Positions 56,153 to 64,000 of a DNA stretch of 64,000 nucleotides are shown here, piece after piece. Source of the DNA: the human T2T-CHM13v2.0 reference genome, Homo sapiens; the NCBI RefSeq assembly GCF_009914755.1, contig NC_060925.1. The stretch is one strand, 5' to 3'. Each line of letters begins with the position of its first letter. Positions within the stretch are counted from its first letter, which is position 1. Position numbers and translations under genes: made by a program. The notes beneath the pieces were generated by a model. That model did not search any database. It worked only from the letters and a program-made list of their open reading frames with translations, and had not been told where the DNA came from.

Positions 56153-57069
56153 CATTCTTAATAGATAAATTTCTCCTCTAAAATAACCTAAATCCTTTCA
56201 TTTATAGGAACGTTAATGTCATGCCTTTCAGTCTTTCAATTCCTTTGCTATTACCTTTGAGAATTGAAGATTATTACAATACTCCCCCACCCTCTAACAA
56301 GTAAGAGGCAAAACTAATGCATGTTTTTCCCCTTTTGTAAATGAGCTTCTTAAAACTTTTGAAGTTACAGAACTTACTTCCATTTTTAACTTGATGCCTA
56401 GAAAAATATGAGAACAAATCATCAATCAACTTTGAAAAGACCTTGATGACTTCAGGTACCAGATAATAATAAACATTGTGTGCAGAACAAATCTTGTAAA
56501 ACCAATATAATTTTATCTTGAGAGAGGATACTGGACCTATTAAAGCAAAGAAAAAAATGTTGATTTTGCTAACGTTTTGATTAGGACTCAGATGACAAAG
56601 TCATCAACTTAGAAAAGATAGTCTAGGTTAAGCATATTGCAGAAACATAAATCCATAGACCCACCATAAAACTTACTTTTTATCTACCAACTTTGGTTTA
56701 GCCAACATTTATGTCCTCTTCCACCCTATGATAGTCCCATAACGTCGATTTTTGTGAAGGGACTCACAGCTTGATATTTTAGAAGTACTGAAAGAAGTTA
56801 AAATATGCAGAAGTTTGGTGTAGATCATGTAGCTTACCCTAGGAATCGTATGGAAGTTTACTGATTTTTAATAGTTCTTGGAGCTTAATGTCCAGTCCTT
56901 TAGCATTTAGTCAAACATGACAGAAATGTGACAGGTAAATTTTTAGGCTAATGAGGCTATTCCATGGGTCCTTTCTCTAATTAACTTTAATCTTTTGCAA
57001 ATCCATGAATTTAGGTTCAGCAAAGAGATTATCATTTATATAATCACAACTGAGCGTTTAACAAGAATG

Positions 57070-57831
<762 letters not shown>

Positions 57832-58578
57832 AAGAGTTGGTAATTTTAATTCTTATTTTACATTTGAGGAAAGAGAGATTCAAAAAGAAGGAGTATTCTT
57901 TTTATTACTTAAGGTGACATAGCCAATGAATGGCAGATTCAGGATGCAACACAAACCCTCAGATTTTAAATAATGCTACCCCCCAAATAATCCCTTCCAA
58001 TATGTGCCCAAGTAAAACTGATCTGTGTAAATTCCTCATTACCCAGTTTTTGCCATCTAAAAAGCATTGATTATTGAAAGAAAATCAATGCAATTGTTTG
58101 AATTTGGTAAGTAAAAAACAGTATTTGAAAGCAAAGATGGTTTATCTTTTCTAAATATCAGCAACATTAACCATATCTGAGGCAGAGACTCCATGATTAT
58201 ATATTAATTAGTTTTCTCTGCACTAGTATACAGGTATCTCAAAACACACTATTTTAAGTACTGGCTTCCATTTGAAAAATTGTTCAAGGAAAATAGGGGA
58301 ACAAACTATTATTTTCTTTGGAATATTATTAGGTCTTTTGATTAAGAAAGGTAGAGGACAAGTTGGATTTTTAAGAGAGAGATGAAGAGTTATATATTCT
58401 ACATAAAATAAAAAGAGAAATTTTTAGTTTTTATCTAGTGTCTCAGAGGAAGATACTAATCAAAGATGGGAGTGAGGAAGAGGCAAATTTCAAGATGAGA
58501 GAAGATTAAAAAAAGCATTTCTTCAGAAAGAGTAAAGGGGATTACAGCAACATGCCATAAGGACAGGTCCCTCCCACC

Positions 58579-60831
58579 TGTTGTGAGAGGGACCCAGTGG
58601 GAGGTAATTGAATCATGGGGATGGGCCTTTCTCATGCTGTTCTCATGACAGTGAATACGTCTCATGAGATCTGACGGTTTTATAAAGGGGAGTTTCCCTA
58701 CACAAGCTCTCTCATTCTATTGTGCCTGCCGCCATGTAATACGTGCCTTTCACCTTCTGCTATGACTATGAGGCTGCCCCAGCCATGTGGAACTGTGAGT
58801 CCATTAAACTTCTTTTCCTGCATAAATTACTCAGTCTAAGGTATGTCTTTATCAACAGTGTGAAAACGGACTAATACAGTAAATTGATACCAGGATTAGG
58901 GCACTGCTGTAAAGATACCCAAAAATATGGAAGCGACTTTGGAAGCAGGTAACAGGCAGAGGTTGGAACAGTTTGGAGAGCTCAGAAGAAGACAGGAAAA
59001 TGTGGGAAAATTTGGAACTTCCTAGAGATTTGTTGAATGGTATTGACCAAAATGCTGACAGTGACCTAAAGAATAATGTCCAGGTTGACATGGTCTCAGA
59101 TGGAGTTGAGAAACTTGCTAGGGACTGGAGCAAAAGTGACTCTTGCTATGTTTTAGCAAAGAGACTGGTGGCATTTTTGCCCCTGCCCTAGAGATTTGTG
59201 GAACTTTAAGCTTGAGGAAGATGATTTAGGGTATCTGGTGGAAGAAATTTCTAAGCAACAAAGCATTTGAAAGGTGAGTTGGGTGCTGTTAAAAGCATTC
59301 AGTTTTAAAAGGGAAACAGAGCATAAAAGTTTGGAAAATTTGCAGCCTGATGGTGAGATAGAAAGAAAAACCCATTTTCTGAGGGGAAATTCAAGATGGC
59401 TGGTTGCAAAAATTTGCATAAGTAACAAAGAGCCCGACTGTTAATTGCCAAGACAATGGAAAAAATGTCTCCAGGGCATGTCAGAGATCTTTGTGGCAGG
59501 CCCTCTCATCACAGCCCCAGAAGCCTAAGAGGAAGGAACACTTTTGTGGGCTGGGCCCATGGCCTCCCTGTTATGTGCCTAAGGACTTGGTAGCCTGTGT
59601 CCCAGCCATTCTTGCCATGGCTAAAGAGGCCAAGGTACAGCTTGGGCAGTGGCTTCAAAGGGTGCAAGCCCCACATGGCAGCATAAAAGTTTGGACCACG
59701 ACGTGGTGTTGAGCCTGTGGGTACACAGAACTCAATTCTTGAGGTTTGGAAATCTTTGCCTGGTTTTCAGAGTATGTATGGAAATGCCCAGATGTCCATG
59801 CAGAAGTTTGCTGCAGGGCAGAACCCTCATGAAGAACCTCTGCTAGGACAGTGTGGAAGGAAAATGTGGTGTCAGAGTCCCCACACAGAGTTCTCACTGG
59901 GTCACTGCCTAGTGGAGTTGTGAGAAGAGGGCCATTATTCTCCAGACTCCAGAATGGTAGATCCATCGACAGCTTGTACTGTGCACCTAAAAGAGCTGAA
60001 GACACTCAAAGCCAGGCTGTGAAAGTAGCCAGGAGGGGAGCTGTACCCTGCAAAGCCAAAGGGGCAGAGCTGCCCAAGGCTGTAGGAAGCCACCTGTTGG
60101 ATCAGAGTGACCTGCATGTGAGACATGGAGTCAAAGGAGATCATTTTGAAACTTTAAGGTTTAATAACTTCCCTATTGGATTTCAGACTTGCATGGGGCC
60201 TGTAGCCCCATTGTTTTGGCCAATTTCTCCCATTTGGAATGGGTGTATTTATCCAATGCCTGTACCCTCATTGTATCTAGGAAGTAACTAACTTGCTTTT
60301 GATTTTGCAGGCTCATAGGTGGAAGGGACTTGCCTTGTCTCAGATGAGACTTTGGACTGTGGACTTTTGAGTTATTGCTGAAATTAGTTAAGACTTTGGG
60401 AGACTGTTGGGAAGGCATGATTGGTTTTTAAATGTGAGGACATGAGATTCGGGAGGGGCCCAGGGTGGTATAATATGGTTTGGCTGTGTCCCCATGCAAA
60501 TCTCATCTTAAATTCTAGCTCCTATAATTCCCATGTGTTGTGGGAGGGACCTGGTGGGAGGTAATTGAATCATCAGGGTGGGTCTTTCCCATGCTGTTCT
60601 CATGATAGTGAATAAGTCTCATGAAAGCCGATGGTTTTATAAAGGGGAGTTTCCCTACACAAACTCATTCTATCTTGCCTGTCACCATGTAATACGTGAC
60701 TTTCACCTTCTGCCATGATTGTGAGGCTGCCGCAGGCAAGCGAAACTATGAGTCCATTAAACCTCTTTTTCTTTATAAATTACCCAGTCTTGGGTATGTC
60801 TTTATCAGCAGTGTGAAAAGAGACTAATACA
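58579..60831 (+). mobile_element. THE1B-like MaLR provirus (5'-truncated 5' LTR to 58878, internal 58879-60470, 3' LTR 60471-60831)
   Basis: Two homologous LTRs ending gactaataca; ~1.6-kb THE1 internal region; purine tract gggaggggcccagggtgg before the 3' LTR. Confidence 0.95.
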
Positions 60832-60969
60832 TCCTTCAGCTTCTTCCCACATTACTACTCACACCTAGTGATCTGTAGAAATATTGAGAAGTGCACTGTA
60901 CCTACTGGAATTTTGTTGGGGTGGAGTGGAGTTTGAGTGATTCTTTTTTCATACTAAGAAACAGTTTTG

Positions 60970-61288
<319 letters not shown>

Positions 61289-61847
61289 TTATTTGTAGTA
61301 GACAAAAATAACCCCACACACTTAGAAAACTTACAATGGCTTGATAAACTAAAAAAGTCAACTGTTCAAATATAGCTGAGAGTTGCTTTTAAACACTAGT
61401 TAATAACCTATAGCTCTTTTTCTCTTAGGGTTATTTGCCAATTGTGAGAGTTAAGAATTTGGGCTTGGACAGATGTGGTAACAGAACGGAGAAGCCAGCA
61501 GAGCTTTTGGCAGTCACATGAATTTGAAGTGACAAAATGGATTTGAGTGGAATCAACAAACAACTGTTTTCCCCTGCCAGGCATTTGCCCAATTCAAAAG
61601 CTCTGGATAGTCAGATAAACTGAAGATTTCTGAAAAGAATAACAAAATTTATTGTAGTCTGATGGTGCTCAAAAGACCAGGAATCTACTGAAAATACCAG
61701 TTGAAAGCAAAAGGAGTGACATTTAAGAACAGGAGAAAATTAGGAGTACTCTTGGTTTTAGCATATTTGCAAACTGGATTCAACTCATCTCAGTCTTTAT
61801 TTAGACTAAAATGCAACCAGTCCATCAATGCATTTGCTTAGCAGAAG

Positions 61848-62447
61848 AAAGGGAGAACCCACTTTGATGGATAATATTATATGGAACCTCTAGAATTTGT
61901 ATATACTATGCCTAGCATTCAGTCAAAACTTATTAGGCATACCAAGAGAAAAATAGATAATAGAAACAGATTCATATGGTTAAAATATTAGAAATAGTAG
62001 ATACATACTTTAAAATAACTTTTATGAGTATTAAAAATAGAGAAAAATAAGATTAAAAAGAATTAAAAGATACAGAATTTCAACAAAAAATTGAACCTAT
62101 AATAAAATTAAATGGACATCCTCAAACTTCAAAATTACTATGTCCAAAAAGGGAGAACCCACTTTGATGGATAATATTATACGGAATTTCTAGAATTTGT
62201 ATATACTATGCCTAGCATTCAGTCAAAACTTATTAGGCATACCAAGAGAAAAATAGATAATAGAAACAGATTCATATGGTTAAAATATTACAAATAGTAG
62301 ATAGATACTTTAAAATAACTTCTATAAATATTAAAATAGAGGAAAAATAAAATAAAAAAGAATTAAAAGATAGAATTTCAACAAAAAGTGGAATCCATAA
62401 AAAAATTAAGTGGGCATTCTCAAACTCCAAAATTACTATGTCCAAAA
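61848..62447 (+). repeat. Direct tandem duplication, ~300-bp unit, 2 copies
   Basis: gggagaacccactttgatgg at 61851 and 62151; both copies end aattactatgtccaaaa. Confidence 0.95.
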
Positions 62448-62986
62448 TAACGATCTCATTATGTGAGATTAACAGCAGACTGGAAACAGCAGAAATCATG
62501 TTAGTAAATTTAAGGCAGTTTAATGGAAATATGTATTCTGGGGTAGAAAAACAAAAATGAAAAGAATAAAAAAAACAGATGAGATCACAAGATACATGTG
62601 GGACACGGTCAACTATACAAGTATTTGAAGATCCTAGCATATATGTTACTGGAGTCCCAGCAGGACAGGAAATAAAAAAAGTGGCAAATGTAATGTTTAA
62701 AATAATAACAAAAAATTATATCCAATTGAAAGATGATATCAACCAATAGACTCAAGAAGCTCAGTGAATCTAAAGCGAATCACAGTTGAAATTGCTGACA
62801 AAGACAAAGACAAGAATCTTAAAACTAACCAAAGGGAGAAAAAAATACTTTCAAAGCAGCTACAGTATTCATCAACGCTAAAGATAAAAGGCATATGACA
62901 ATAAAATGACAACTTCAAAATGATGAAACTATAGCATTCAGGTTAAACTATAATTCTAAATGCCCCAAAAAAGACGCATAAAGTTT

Positions 62987-63225
62987 AGCCAGGTGTAGTG
63001 GCTCACACCTGTAATCCCAACACTTTGGGATTATACTAAAAGTCGGGCATGGTGGCGCATGCCTGTAATCCCAGCTACAGCTACTTGGGAGGCTGAGGCA
63101 CAAGAATCACTTGAACCCTGGGAGGTGGAGGTTGCAGTGAGCCATGATCATACCACTGCATTCCAGCCTGGGTGACAGACCAGACCTGTTTCAAAAAACA
63201 AAAAACAAACAAAGAACAAAAAACA
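62987..63225 (+). mobile_element. Alu with most of the left arm deleted
   Basis: cactttggga jumps via ttatactaaa to agtcgggcatggtggcg; right arm intact. Confidence 0.9.
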
Positions 63226-63933
63226 TACTCAGAAAGTTTGAAAGTAAAATGATTAAAAAAAAATTGCCAAGCAAACTCTAATCATGAGAAGGTTCATGTA
63301 GAAGTACTGCTATAAGGCAAAGCAAAATTTAAGTTAGGTCATACCACTACAAATTTCCAGAACTTTAAAAATTTATTAAACAGTCATTTTGCCAGTTATC
63401 TTACTGGCGAAACAATTAAAATCTATATCACCCAGTAACATAGTTAAATAGATAAAACAGCACCTGACAATTAAAAACAGAAACAGATAAGGCCATAATC
63501 AGAATGGGAGAATTTAACATATAATTGCTGACAGGATAAAATGGTGAAATCAGTGACTTTTTGAAAATTTGAAAAACACAATTTATAAACTGACCTAATT
63601 GATATATTTAGAAACTGAATCCCACAATGACAAAAGTCATATTATTCTCAAATCCTTGTGTAGCTTTTACCAAAATTGATCGTACTTTGAATTATTAAGG
63701 GCATCTCAAGAGTTCAGAGTATATTTTCTGACCTTAGTGAAATGAGTTAAAAATCAATAATGAAGTTCTCAACTTCTTGGAAATTAAGGGTTGCACTTCT
63801 AAATAACCCATGGGTCAAAGGAATAGAACAATGGAGATTAGAAAATAGTTTGAACCTAACTGTACTGAAGACATTATCAAACTTAGGCACAAAGATAAAA
63901 CATTTTCAAAAATGAAATGATGCTCAAGTGATG

Positions 63934-64000
63934 TGTGCACAAAAATATCAGAAATCACCACTAAAGATCTTATTCATGTAACCAAACACCACCTGTTCCC
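63934..64000 (+). mobile_element. L1PB-type 3' UTR fragment (runs off the window)
   Basis: cagaaatcaccactaaagatcttattcatgtaaccaaacaccacctgttccc. Confidence 0.75.

Larger units (their letters stand above)
61560..63930 (+). mobile_element. Old L1M element: ORF1 and ORF2 endonuclease remnants
   Basis: A-rich sense strand; ttaacagcagactggaaacagcaga, gactcaagaagctcagtgaatc, actgacctaattgatatatttaga, cacttctaaataacccatgggtcaaag. Confidence 0.8.

Noticed and set aside
58852-60418. Multiple 65-146 aa ORFs (also 24695-25551)
   Set aside because: THE1 internal-region remnants with no intact coding capacity.

Overview
Primate, most likely human, genomic DNA (AluY, THE1, L1, L2, MIR, Tigger2). The only protein-coding sequence I can support is a 69-nt first coding exon on the minus strand (42045->41977). 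It encodes MQATSNLLNLLLLSLFAGLDPSK, which I recognise as the signal-peptide N-terminus of one OLFM3 (olfactomedin-3/noelin-3/optimedin) isoform. The ORF track misses it because it is short and spliced. Positions 1-41976 are therefore OLFM3 intron 1 and ~42.4-64 kb is upstream intergenic DNA. Most of the window is ordinary transposon-derived sequence; I saw no rRNA, tRNA or CRISPR. The most interesting part is the 5' leader/promoter: a near-consensus REST/RE1 site, a TATA-like box, and an AUGA-overlapped uORF pair whose second member is a 49-aa Cys-string peptide. That uORF contains a strong-looking 5' splice site at a codon boundary that could fuse it in frame to OLFM3 exon 2. This is a hypothesis, not an established system. 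Several clean mutational fossils are also visible (25-bp Alu micro-insertion, L1 twin priming, fold-back junction, probable gene-conversion tract). Repeat subfamily names come from recalled consensus sequences, and boundaries of old repeats are approximate.
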